A stretch of 49,674 nucleotides of DNA. Source: Promethearchaeota archaeon (GTDB lineage: Archaea > Asgardarchaeota > Lokiarchaeia > Sigyniarchaeales > SOKP01). Position 1 is the stretch's first letter. Every line of letters begins with the position of its first letter. The notes under the pieces were generated by a model that made no database searches, was not told the origin of the DNA, and saw only the letters and a program-made list of their open reading frames with translations. The translations under genes and the position numbers were made by a program. The DNA is taken from positions 1-49,674 of the forward strand of contig JBHLNS010000020.1 of assembly GCA_048941285.1 (NCBI GenBank), written 5' to 3'. Shown one piece after another: positions 18,726 to 28,258 of the stretch.

Positions 18726-20150
18726 TTATTCAAATTGTGGCCTTCTCTCTTGCCAAGGAGCAATTTCTTCAAAAGCTTTTGATACTTGAAGTACTGTCAA
18801 GTCATCAAAACGTTTTCCAACTATTTGCATACCAATTGGCAATCCTTCATTTGACCATCCACAAGGAACTGAAGCAGCAGGAAGTCCTGTTAAATTAAAT
18901 GCTGCTGTAAATGGCATCCAAGCTGTTGGTGAAACCATTTTTCCATCTATTTTTGTTGGAAAAGAAATTCCTAATTCAAAAGCTGGTAATCCTGTTGTTG
19001 GAGTTAGCAATATATCGTAATTTTTAAAGTATTGATAAAACTCTTCAAATATGATTTTCCGACGTGCTATTGATCTCGCAAAATCTTGTCCAGTAGCTTC
19101 ACCTCCAGCCTTAACTGCCTTAATAAGATCGGGATGCATTTTATCCTCCCATTCCTTTAATTTAGGTCCTAAATCATATCCAAATAGTACCGTATGATAA
19201 GTTAATAACATTCTTTCAGGATTCCTTATCTTAAATTTTGCAGGTTTCACGTTCCATCCAAATTCCTCAAATTTTTGAACAGAATTCAAGAAATTCTCTT
19301 TAACCTCGGAATCAATTATTTTCGCAAATCCTAAATCTAGAGAATATCCAATTTTTAATTTATTCGGTTTATCATTGACTTTTTCAGAATAATTAATATT
19401 TTGATGTGGTAAAGAATACATATCTCCATGATGAGGGCCTTTTATAGCATCTAGCATTAAAGCAGCATCAATTACATACCTGACAATCGAGCCATAATGG
19501 ATAAGAGATTCAAAATGAACTCCTTGAGTTGGATATACAGGAACTCTTCCAAAACTAGGTTTAATTCCATATGTTCCACAAAAACAGGAAGGTATTCTAA
19601 TCGAACCCCCTCCATCAGCACCTAAAGCGATATATCCTAATCCAGAAGCAATAGAAGCTGCTGCGCCACCACTAGATCCGCCAGAGGTTCTTTTTAAATT
19701 CCAAGGATTTCGAGTTTCACCAAATATAAGATTATTTGTTACCGCTATGAATCCGAAAGGGCTCATATTTGTTTTCCCTAGAATAACGGCTCCAGCATTT
19801 TTTAATCTTTCTACACATGCATCATCCTCCGTTGGTATATTATTTTCATACAGTTTTGACCCAAATGTAGTTCTAATCCCTTTAATAGGCATTTCATCTT
19901 TAACTGATATGGGTATACCATGTAAGATTCCAAGTTTATCACCGTTCTTAACTGCATCATCTGCTTTTTTTGCTGTTTCTCTTGCCCAATCAAATGTAGG
20001 TGTACAATAGGCATTAATTATTGGGTTTATTTTTTCAATTCTTTCTATAACAATCTCTGTAATCTCTTGGGATGATATTTCTTGGGTTTTAATTTTATCT
20101 TCCAAATCAAATGCTGACATATAACAAATTTCTTCTTTATTCATTTTCAT
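18726..20150 (-). CDS. Amidase-signature family amidase
   Basis: HGIPISVKD, GGSSGGAAA and GADGGGSIRIPS give the Ser-cisSer-Lys triad. Confidence 0.93.
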   Translation of the reverse strand: MKMNKEEICYMSAFDLEDKIKTQEISSQEITEIVIERIEKINPIINAYCTPTFDWARETAKKADDAVKNGDKLGILHGIPISVKDEMPIKGIRTTFGSKLYENNIPTEDDACVERLKNAGAVILGKTNMSPFGFIAVTNNLIFGETRNPWNLKRTSGGSSGGAAASIASGLGYIALGADGGGSIRIPSCFCGTYGIKPSFGRVPVYPTQGVHFESLIHYGSIVRYVIDAALMLDAIKGPHHGDMYSLPHQNINYSEKVNDKPNKLKIGYSLDLGFAKIIDSEVKENFLNSVQKFEEFGWNVKPAKFKIRNPERMLLTYHTVLFGYDLGPKLKEWEDKMHPDLIKAVKAGGEATGQDFARSIARRKIIFEEFYQYFKNYDILLTPTTGLPAFELGISFPTKIDGKMVSPTAWMPFTAAFNLTGLPAASVPCGWSNEGLPIGMQIVGKRFDDLTVLQVSKAFEEIAPWQERRPQFE

Positions 20151-20247
20151 TTCTCATTGTAATATTTCCAATAAAAATTATTTTGCTTTATGATAATATA
20201 AAATTTGCTTTACAGAATAGTAAAATATCGAATTAAATTTCCGTATT

Positions 20248-20655
20248 TCAGAATTTAAAATCTTTTTGCCATTTCTGATATCCTAATTTAAGTAGTTTTA
20301 ATCGAGGCTTGTTTATTTTATTGTCAACCTGTATATTAGAATGAGAATTATACATCATTTTATGATATTGAGCATAATATTCATCTGCTTTTGGATTTCC
20401 ATTTATTAGATTTAAAATTGCTTTTTCAGTAAAATAAAGAATTAAATCAGGTTTAATTCCTGGAGAATTTTTAACCATTTCTAATGTAGTTTTATCTTTT
20501 TTGTATAAATAATAATGTACTTTAGGTTTTTCTTCATTTAGAGAATTTTCTGTAATAATATATTCCCAACAAGCACCTAAATTTAGATGCCTCATTAAAT
20601 CCAAATTATGAGGAAAATAAGATTTTAATTTGTTGAATAATTCTTCAGAATCCAT
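20248..20655 (-). CDS. Hypothetical protein, SCP2-like fold suspected; paralogue of 22207-22698
   Basis: KPDLILYFTEKAILNLING resembles the SCP2 strand-helix motif and aligns by eye with the 163 aa ORF. Confidence 0.55.
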   Translation of the reverse strand: MDSEELFNKLKSYFPHNLDLMRHLNLGACWEYIITENSLNEEKPKVHYYLYKKDKTTLEMVKNSPGIKPDLILYFTEKAILNLINGNPKADEYYAQYHKMMYNSHSNIQVDNKINKPRLKLLKLGYQKWQKDFKF

Positions 20656-20666
20656 AATTAGTACAG

Positions 20667-22160
20667 TTATTTTATTTTCTCTATGTTTATTGGAGTACCG
20701 TCATAAATATATTTTCCATAAACTAATTCTTGTGGATAATATTTACAACCTGCAGGATAAGCTGAATCTTTAATTCCTCCTAAAGAAACTGTAATATCAA
20801 CAAGCATAGGTCTGGCATTTATATAAATATTTGCAGCTTCTAATTCATTCTTAAAAATCTCAATATTTTTCAAATTTGTGGTGTAAGCAACTGCTCGCAT
20901 TCCATAATTACTCGCATTTGCCAACCTTATCGCCTCTTTCATATCATTAGCTTTAGTAATAGAGCGAACGGGTCCAAAAGCCTCTTCTCGCCATAAAAAT
21001 GGAGCTTTAGTTAGATCTTCACATAATTCAGGTTTTATTTCTACTAAAGTTGGTTTGTAAAACAACCCATATTCTTCACCAGTATCAATTTTTTCGTCAC
21101 CGGTATATATTTTGGCTCCGTATTTTTTTGCATCAGCTACCATTACCTCCATCATCATTAAGATTTTTCTACTTCCCAGTGGACCAATATCTACATCAGG
21201 GTCTGTGGGATCTCCATATTTTAACCTTTCAACCTCTTTGATAAGACATTCCACATACTCATCATATATATCTTTATGTACAATAATTCTTTTCATAGAG
21301 AAGCATTGTTGTCCAGAATTAGTATAACTAGCCATAGCATTCCATTTAGCTACTTGCTTTAAATTTATATCATCCATAACTATTCCAGCATCGTTCCCCG
21401 CACATTCGAAAAAGAAATGTTTAAATGGCTGAGTGTACATGGGAATTCCCATTGATTTATCAACAGTTTTTTTTAAGAATCTACCATAACGAACTAATAT
21501 ATCTTTTGCTGTATGAGAGGCTGTAATTGTCATTAATGTTTTAATTAAAGGAGATTTAAGAAATTCATCTACTGCCCATTCTCCAGGAGCAATCACCAAA
21601 TCTAAAGCCTCTAGGCCGGGTAAATCCATTTCTTTCATCATAGAATAAGCTTCTATCATGGTTAACGGACAAGCTGTGGATGGCTTAACAATAGCTCCAT
21701 TGCCAACTAAATAATTGGCTCCAAGTTGATAAAGAGGTAGACTTATAGGAGTATTACGAGGAGAGATACATGCTGCTAAACCATGAGGAATATATCTTAT
21801 TCTGACTAGTTGTTCTCCTTCAATACTTGTTAAAGGTTTTTCTTTTAAAAACTGATAATACCAATCACAAAATTTAAAACCGTTAGTTACTACATTTAAT
21901 TCCCATTCAGAATACTTGATTGGCAATCCTCCTTCTGCAACAATCATATCTTTCAGTTGGTTTTTCTTAAATCGCAATTTACTAGCAAATTTCGAAAGAA
22001 GTTGAGCCCGTTCAAAAAAATCCATTTGATGTAGTAGATTTTGATTTTTATAAACCTTCTTTAATTTTTCTCTAACAGTTTCCGGTGTATCCGCAGGAAC
22101 AGTTCCTATGACTTCTCCAGTGTATTTATCTCTAATACTTAACTCTTGTGATTTTGACAT
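20667..22160 (-). CDS. Aldehyde dehydrogenase family protein (divergent)
   Basis: SPRNTP, VKPS, FECAGND (catalytic Glu), NSGQQCFS (catalytic Cys) and EEAFGPV. Confidence 0.92.
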   Translation of the reverse strand: MSKSQELSIRDKYTGEVIGTVPADTPETVREKLKKVYKNQNLLHQMDFFERAQLLSKFASKLRFKKNQLKDMIVAEGGLPIKYSEWELNVVTNGFKFCDWYYQFLKEKPLTSIEGEQLVRIRYIPHGLAACISPRNTPISLPLYQLGANYLVGNGAIVKPSTACPLTMIEAYSMMKEMDLPGLEALDLVIAPGEWAVDEFLKSPLIKTLMTITASHTAKDILVRYGRFLKKTVDKSMGIPMYTQPFKHFFFECAGNDAGIVMDDINLKQVAKWNAMASYTNSGQQCFSMKRIIVHKDIYDEYVECLIKEVERLKYGDPTDPDVDIGPLGSRKILMMMEVMVADAKKYGAKIYTGDEKIDTGEEYGLFYKPTLVEIKPELCEDLTKAPFLWREEAFGPVRSITKANDMKEAIRLANASNYGMRAVAYTTNLKNIEIFKNELEAANIYINARPMLVDITVSLGGIKDSAYPAGCKYYPQELVYGKYIYDGTPINIEKIK

Positions 22161-22206
22161 ATTTAATCTTTATAATCTCTTTATTTTTTAAATTCAAAAA
22201 AAAAAT

Positions 22207-22698
22207 TTACAATTTAATTATACTACCATCATCTTCAAGCATACCCGCAGCTTGAGCAAATCTTCCATAACCCATCTCAATTATGGTTTGCGTTCTTTTA
22301 TGCAAAGTGAAATCAATCCACCCTTTTTGCTCATCTGGGTTGTTATAAAATGATCCAAGAAGTTGTGCATATTCTACTTTCGTTTTTGTTTGAATTAATT
22401 TTTCAACAGCATGTGCAGAGAGTGCTAGTTCCAAATCTGAATCAACCGCTCTGCCGGGTTTTATTACAATTCCCTTTTTATTTCGATAGACATTAAATGT
22501 ATCTATTGGAGATTGATTATCATATGCTTCAAGCGAATTATATAGCCCAAAATCAAAGTTTGACCCATTAATCAAATCAGAAAAAATCTCGGGGTATTTT
22601 GACAGAAAAATAGTATATTTTCTAGCTATTTCTGTTTTATAAGAATTTATATCTATTATTTGGCTTGTCATTTCATCTTCTAACAATTTTGATACCAC
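22207..22698 (-). CDS. Hypothetical protein, SCP2-like fold suspected; paralogue of 20248-20655
   Basis: IKPGRAVDSDLELALSAHAVEKLIQ; shares EY...Y and GY..F/W with the 135 aa ORF. Confidence 0.55.
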   Translation of the reverse strand: MVSKLLEDEMTSQIIDINSYKTEIARKYTIFLSKYPEIFSDLINGSNFDFGLYNSLEAYDNQSPIDTFNVYRNKKGIVIKPGRAVDSDLELALSAHAVEKLIQTKTKVEYAQLLGSFYNNPDEQKGWIDFTLHKRTQTIIEMGYGRFAQAAGMLEDDGSIIKL

Positions 22699-22701
22699 AC
22701 T

Positions 22702-23706
22702 TCATTTTTTTCCTTTTTCTATATAATCTATATACCATTCAACTGTCTTTTCTAATCCTTCTTTAAAAGGAGTTATTGTATATCCCAGATCATCCATAGC
22801 TTTCTGAGATGAATATGCCCAATCGTATGTTGCCATTTTCATTAGTGGGCGTGTTATATAGGGGATCTTATTTCTCGAAATTTTTGCTCTAATTTCACAT
22901 AGTCTTCCATAAAGCAAAGCAATAGATAACGGAAATTTCCTTGGCTTTTTCACTCCTGCAATTTTGGCTATTGAATTAAAATAATCAATAGTTGAGACTG
23001 TTTCCCCACCTAAAAAATATTCATTCCCTATTAATTCACTTCTGCCAATTACATTTATCAATGGTTCTACAAGATCATAGATATAAGTCATACTAAATTT
23101 GGCAATTGATGTCTTAGGAATTCCCAAAAGTTTTCCTAAAATGAGATCTATTGTCAATTTCCCATAAAAGTTGAGATCTCCTGGACCATAAACAAAACCA
23201 GGATAAAAAATTATACTTTTTAATCCTTTTTCTTTATATTCTTGAATTAATTTGGTACTTTCACATTTAGATCTTTCATAATCCATAAAAAAATCAATAT
23301 TTCTCTCATAAGTCTCAAAATTTGGAATCGCTTCACCACAATTATAGGGACCAATCGCAAAAAATGAAGAAATAAATATCAAGAGAATATTCTTTTCTAA
23401 TGCTACTTTAGCAATGTTTTCAGAACCTCTAACATTTATTTCTTCATAAGTAGATTTATCTTTAGCCCAAATTTGAGTATTTGCAGCAAGATGATATATT
23501 ATGTCAATATTATCAGCAGCCTGACTTATGCTATCAATATTTCGAATATCACCAACAATATATTCAATATTATTCAAATCTTGAAAAGGTTCTGTATTAC
23601 TGTTTTCCCGAATTAATAATTTTATGTTATGTCCTAAATTATAGAGATTTTTTACTAAAGGAATTCCAATAAAACCCGAACCACCAGTTATTAATATGTT
23701 TGCCAT
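22702..23706 (-). CDS. Extended SDR, NAD-dependent epimerase/dehydratase (HpnA / 3-beta-HSD-like)
   Basis: ITGGSGFIG, YHLAA, YERSK (YxxxK) and PGFVYGPGD. Confidence 0.9.
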   Translation of the reverse strand: MANILITGGSGFIGIPLVKNLYNLGHNIKLLIRENSNTEPFQDLNNIEYIVGDIRNIDSISQAADNIDIIYHLAANTQIWAKDKSTYEEINVRGSENIAKVALEKNILLIFISSFFAIGPYNCGEAIPNFETYERNIDFFMDYERSKCESTKLIQEYKEKGLKSIIFYPGFVYGPGDLNFYGKLTIDLILGKLLGIPKTSIAKFSMTYIYDLVEPLINVIGRSELIGNEYFLGGETVSTIDYFNSIAKIAGVKKPRKFPLSIALLYGRLCEIRAKISRNKIPYITRPLMKMATYDWAYSSQKAMDDLGYTITPFKEGLEKTVEWYIDYIEKGKK

Positions 23707-23946
23707 GACTAGATTGTTAATGTAATAAAACGAAATTTTAAAATATTAAAAAGTTACATCGTATTAAAGTTAGATCTTAGAAAGTTTCCGAATTTACACC
23801 TTTTGATATTAGGAAACCTCGGAATTAGAATAATGTTTTTTTTTAACATTTTCGGAAGGCATTTATTAAAAAATTTCAATTATAATATCTTAGATCTCCC
23901 AATTTTTAAATTAAATAAATATTGAAAGTAGGTTGAAAAAAAACAC

Positions 23947-24486
23947 TTGAATTTTGAGAATTTTCATTCACAGCTAGATTTACCCTTTTTAGAAACAGAT
24001 ACTAAATTTATAAAAGAGATCTTTCAGACTTTGGAGTCCGAATTTGGATTCAAGATTAATTCTAAACTTAAATTCATTGATTTAGGATCAGGAAATGGAT
24101 CTGTTGTTATTTTTACTGCTTTAAATTATAATATCAAATCCTATGGTATTGAAATTAATCAGAAATTAATCAGTGAAGCAAAATCCCGGATAAAATCATT
24201 GAAAAATGAAAAGAATTACTATAAAAGCAAATTGAGAAAAATAAAGGTTACGTTAGGAGATTTTTATTATCAGAATTTAAAAGATTATGATTTTATTTAC
24301 ATCTACTCCTTACCCTCTATGCATAAATATCTCAAACATGTATTTAGTACAGCTAAAAAAGGAGCAATAATCATATCGCATAGACACCATCTTAAAAGCT
24401 TTAAGTCTATATTGAAATACGAATACAGACTAACACATGAGAATGATAGACAAGAAATTTATAGCTTTTTCTATAAGAAATTTTAA
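23947..24486 (+). CDS. Class I SAM-dependent methyltransferase, Dot1/FAM173(aKMT)-like
   Basis: LPFLET, IDLGSGNG, GIEIN and DFIYIYSLPSM...AKKGAIIISH. Confidence 0.75.
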   Translation: MNFENFHSQLDLPFLETDTKFIKEIFQTLESEFGFKINSKLKFIDLGSGNGSVVIFTALNYNIKSYGIEINQKLISEAKSRIKSLKNEKNYYKSKLRKIKVTLGDFYYQNLKDYDFIYIYSLPSMHKYLKHVFSTAKKGAIIISHRHHLKSFKSILKYEYRLTHENDRQEIYSFFYKKF

Positions 24487-24509
24487 TAAAATAGAATAGA
24501 GAGGATTTT

Positions 24510-24530
24510 AATAAGAGAGCCTCTCTTATT
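24510..24530. repeat. Perfect 21-bp dyad
   Basis: AATAAGAGAG-C-CTCTCTTATT, intergenic. Confidence 0.8.
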
Positions 24531-24628
24531 CAACAAATGATACATTCTTTTGTTATTATAAAAAATATAATTATAAATAAAATCAAAATAAATAAGTACA
24601 TAATTTTAAAATTTTGGCATAAAATAAG

Positions 24629-25339
24629 GTGTTATTTAAAATGGTTTCATTTCTAGGTTGGATAGACGGAATAACTGCGACTCTAATTATAATTTCATCT
24701 ACAACCTTTGGTTTATTATCATTATATAAATCAATAAAATTAAAAGCAAAATTACTTACGTTTGCCGCATTGACAATGTTTTTTGTAGGTTGTCTATGGC
24801 TAGGCCCTACTGTCGATTTTTTTATGGTGTTATTAACGGGAGCAAATATTAATCCAATTTCGGTATATTCCTTATTAAGTTATCTCTGGGTTGCTCCTAC
24901 TTTAATTGTTGCAATGTATCTTGGTGGTGAACTTATTTTCCCAAAAAAAAAATGGATTTTAGTTGGGATTTTTATAGTATTAGGGGCAATATTCGAATAT
25001 TTTTTATGGTTTCAAACAAATGCGTCATTCACATGGACTTTGGCAAATCCTGGTGAAGATTTAATAGATGCCAGTTTTGTCCGAACACACCCAACATTTT
25101 TATTGGTAGCGGCATTTCTTGTTTCTGCACTAGTTTTCCTAGGAATTGGTTTCTTTATAAAAGCTAAACAAGCAACAGGTGCGCTTAGAAAAAAGTTTTT
25201 CTATCTTGGATTTGGTTTTACCCTGTTTGTAGTATGTGGTGCCTTAGATTCAATAATTCCCCCCGGTATATATATAGGATTTGTAAGAGTCGCAATGGCA
25301 ACATTTAGTATATGGATGTTCCTTGGGCTAAAGACTTAA
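24629..25339 (+). CDS. Polytopic (about 7 TM) membrane protein
   Basis: About seven hydrophobic segments and no cytoplasmic output domain. Confidence 0.8.
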   Translation: MLFKMVSFLGWIDGITATLIIISSTTFGLLSLYKSIKLKAKLLTFAALTMFFVGCLWLGPTVDFFMVLLTGANINPISVYSLLSYLWVAPTLIVAMYLGGELIFPKKKWILVGIFIVLGAIFEYFLWFQTNASFTWTLANPGEDLIDASFVRTHPTFLLVAAFLVSALVFLGIGFFIKAKQATGALRKKFFYLGFGFTLFVVCGALDSIIPPGIYIGFVRVAMATFSIWMFLGLKT

Positions 25340-25400
25340 ATAAATTAATTTTTTCTTTTTTTCAATTTATATTAATTTTGTCTTAAATGTCTTAAGAAAA

Positions 25401-25880
25401 TTATATCTTATGAAGTTTTATTAAGAGCTCTTTTAAATACAATTTCATAAAATATCTTTGATTATTACAAAAATCAAGTTTTTCAGAATTAGAAAATTCT
25501 GTACAATTGGATAAAATTGCATGGATATCATTTGAAATAGCAAGATATTCGTCTTCTGGATTAGTTAAAATATACTGCGAAATTTGAAATTCCTTTTTGC
25601 TAATTTTACTCAGAGACTGCTCTGCATTCTCTATTAAGTTTTCAAGGTGAAATTTCTTTTTATATTCACGGCGAGAGGTGACTAATAAATTTGAAATATA
25701 ACTAAAGGAATCTTTAGAATTTATATTTTTGAATAGTTCCGAGACTAATTTTGAAATGTTACCATTATCAATAATTTGAAATTCTTTATGATCAAGATCA
25801 TGTGAGTTATTTATATCAGAAATCTTTTCGAGTGAAATTTCAGAGATTTCTTTATTGGCAAAGCCTTTTGAAATTATCAT
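25401..25880 (-). CDS. Hypothetical protein
   Basis: 159 aa ATG-started ORF with no motif. Confidence 0.6.
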   Translation of the reverse strand: MIISKGFANKEISEISLEKISDINNSHDLDHKEFQIIDNGNISKLVSELFKNINSKDSFSYISNLLVTSRREYKKKFHLENLIENAEQSLSKISKKEFQISQYILTNPEDEYLAISNDIHAILSNCTEFSNSEKLDFCNNQRYFMKLYLKELLIKLHKI

Positions 25881-26011
25881 TCATCTCGGATACAATTTGA
25901 TATATTTAAAACTGATTGTGTATTTAAAAAAAAGGCCTCTCTCAATTTAGTAGAGAATAAAATAAAAATATTAAAAGAAAAAATTATTTTTTAATTGATT
26001 TTTAAGGTATA

Positions 26012-26578
26012 TTAAAGTTTAGACCCACAATTAGGGCAGAAATTTCCAGTTGATTCTAATTTTTGACCACAATAAACACAATAATTTTTTCCTTCTGTTT
26101 GTAAGGGCTCATCCATTTTTTTAGGAGGAGGAACGTATTCAGTCGCAGGAGTATATGTTATTGGTTGCCCTAAGATAATTTGTCCTGTTTCAGCGTCAAA
26201 ACTATATTTCACTATTCCTTGATTTCTTAGATCCACTAGCACACGTAGTAAAATACTTGGCTTCATACCAATTTCCAATGCAATATGCTCAAGCTTATAA
26301 GTTCCTTGGAATTTTCGTTGAGTAAGAGCATTCTTTACAATTTTTTTATATTTTGAATTCCTATATAGTTGTTCAAATCCGCCAATAAAAATAAAAAATG
26401 CAGGTATAAAAAGCCAATATCCCCACCAAGCAAGTCCTATAAAGTCTACATTGAGAGCTCTAAGAACTAGCGATAAAATAGCAACAAAAAGAAAAACACA
26501 AGCTGTTGCTAAAGTCCCAATAGCTGCTTCATAAGACTCTTTGTAGTAATAACGATGTTTATACTTATCTTCATTCAT
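26012..26578 (-). CDS. 2-TM membrane protein with winged-helix (PCI-like) domain and C-terminal zinc ribbon
   Basis: Two TM helices; YKLEHIALEIGM...LVDLRNQGIVKYSFDAETGQI; Pro-rich linker; CVYC...CPNC. Confidence 0.75.
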   Translation of the reverse strand: MNEDKYKHRYYYKESYEAAIGTLATACVFLFVAILSLVLRALNVDFIGLAWWGYWLFIPAFFIFIGGFEQLYRNSKYKKIVKNALTQRKFQGTYKLEHIALEIGMKPSILLRVLVDLRNQGIVKYSFDAETGQIILGQPITYTPATEYVPPPKKMDEPLQTEGKNYCVYCGQKLESTGNFCPNCGSKL

Positions 26579-26851
26579 TTAATTCACTTATTAAAAATTT
26601 GATATAGAATTTATAATATTAAGTAATAAAAATCCTTTGTTAATATTATTTAAATAGTCCAATTTTTGAAAGTTTGAAAATGAAAGATTCCAAAAAAGAG
26701 AGAAATTTTGAGAAGATATTTTTCGAAGGGAAACGAGATTAGCGAATGATTTAATTAGAAATTCTTCTCATATTCTCTCATATAGGAGAAGTAATTTAAA
26801 AAACAATTATTGTTTCTTTTATTTGTTTTTAAAGTCCTCACTTATTTCAGG

Positions 26852-27367
26852 CTAACATTTAATTTTTTCTAAGATATTATCAATATAATATACATTTTCC
26901 TTTCCAGCTTCTTCTATTAATGACCGTGAGATAGATTTTTTAAAACTCCAGATTTCAATTTCTTTTTTTAATTCTTTTAATTTTTTTACTACATCTAAAA
27001 AATCTGAGTCTCCACTTACTAGTATTGCTTTATCATATGAATCATCTTCAGCTAATTCCACTATATCTTTATATATAAAAATATCAACTCCTTTTTGCTT
27101 TTTTACACCATTTGGGGAGATAATAACTGGTTTTGGTTGAATTATAAAACCTTGAGCCTTCAGATATTTTAAAAAATTAAGTTTTTTTGGTAAAAGTTTA
27201 TCAGGGATCCCCATATACATAAACAGCCCAACTAAGTGATGTTTATCTATAAAAACATCTTTAAGTTTTAGATAATTAATCCGTATGTTCAAGTTTTCGA
27301 TATTGTGAAATAAATTTGCATGGTCAATAAAAATTATTACTCGTTTTCTTTCGAATTTTTGATTCAC
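26852..27367 (-). CDS. NYN-domain (LabA/DUF88, PIN-like) predicted RNase
   Basis: IFIDHANL, KQKGVD and LVSGDSDF acidic motifs. Confidence 0.92.
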   Translation of the reverse strand: MNQKFERKRVIIFIDHANLFHNIENLNIRINYLKLKDVFIDKHHLVGLFMYMGIPDKLLPKKLNFLKYLKAQGFIIQPKPVIISPNGVKKQKGVDIFIYKDIVELAEDDSYDKAILVSGDSDFLDVVKKLKELKKEIEIWSFKKSISRSLIEEAGKENVYYIDNILEKIKC

Positions 27368-27511
27368 TCTTGGAATACCTTTAGTTTTTCATTTATTTTC
27401 ATTTGTATTGAAATCTTATTTCAATAACTCTTCTATTATCCAATATAAAAAGGTGTATTTTTTTTATGGAAGGAAATAGTGCAGATTTTAAATTACACCT
27501 TCTTAATCCTT

Positions 27512-28258
27512 TTAATTTTTAATGAATTCACTCAACCAGTCTGAATTTTCTTTCAATTTCTCATATGTGATTTTATCTCCAAAGTCACCTCGAAATTGAT
27601 TTTTATCCATTCTAATAACTCGAATTTTCCAGTTTTTTTCTTTAATTCCAATCCTTAATGCATTAGTTAATTCAATTTCACCGCGTTTAGATGGCTTAAG
27701 AGTATTTAAAATTTTAAAAATTACTTTAGAAAAAATAAAAATTCCGGAATTATTAAGATTTGAAGTTGATTTACCTTGAAGAGGTTTTTCAATGATATCT
27801 AAGCAGTAATCATTTTTTGTATAAACTGCCGCACCCTTATATGGATCCTTGGTATAATTTGAGACTAAAATAAAGTTCTGACGCTCTTGGTAAAAAAGAT
27901 CCAAAATTTCTTTATATACAGAATATGAAACTAAAATATCTCCCCAAGTTAGAAAAAAGTGTGAGTTATTGATAACTTTTTCACATGTTAATAAAGCTCC
28001 ACCGGTACCATTTAGTTCTTTCTGTTCTACATATTCTATATTGACATTCCAAGCCTCTCCGTTTTTAAAATACTCTAAAATTTGATCTTTTTTATAACCT
28101 ACAACTAGAACAAAATCATGTAACCCCGCATAAATCAAACCATTTAAAATGTATTCTAAAAGGGGTTTATCTTGAATTGGAAGCATTGATTTCTGAATGG
28201 TATCGGTATATGGTTTTAAACGGATTCCATAACCAGCACACAGAATTACTGCTTTCAA
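27512..28258 (-). CDS. Sugar-phosphate nucleotidyltransferase (short form)
   Basis: AVILCAGYGIRLKPYT..QKSMLP, GTGGAL, WGD, IEKP and RGEIELT. Confidence 0.92.
   Translation of the reverse strand: MKAVILCAGYGIRLKPYTDTIQKSMLPIQDKPLLEYILNGLIYAGLHDFVLVVGYKKDQILEYFKNGEAWNVNIEYVEQKELNGTGGALLTCEKVINNSHFFLTWGDILVSYSVYKEILDLFYQERQNFILVSNYTKDPYKGAAVYTKNDYCLDIIEKPLQGKSTSNLNNSGIFIFSKVIFKILNTLKPSKRGEIELTNALRIGIKEKNWKIRVIRMDKNQFRGDFGDKITYEKLKENSDWLSEFIKN

Noticed and set aside
18726-20150. Calling the amidase gatA because gltX is nearby
   Set aside because: No gatB/gatC adjacent and no GatA-specific motifs recognised; it fits a general amidase.
26680-26795. 20-codon ORF and an imperfect CTTCTCATAT...ATAGGAGAAG hairpin downstream of the NYN gene
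   Set aside because: Too short and imperfect to distinguish from chance or a simple terminator.
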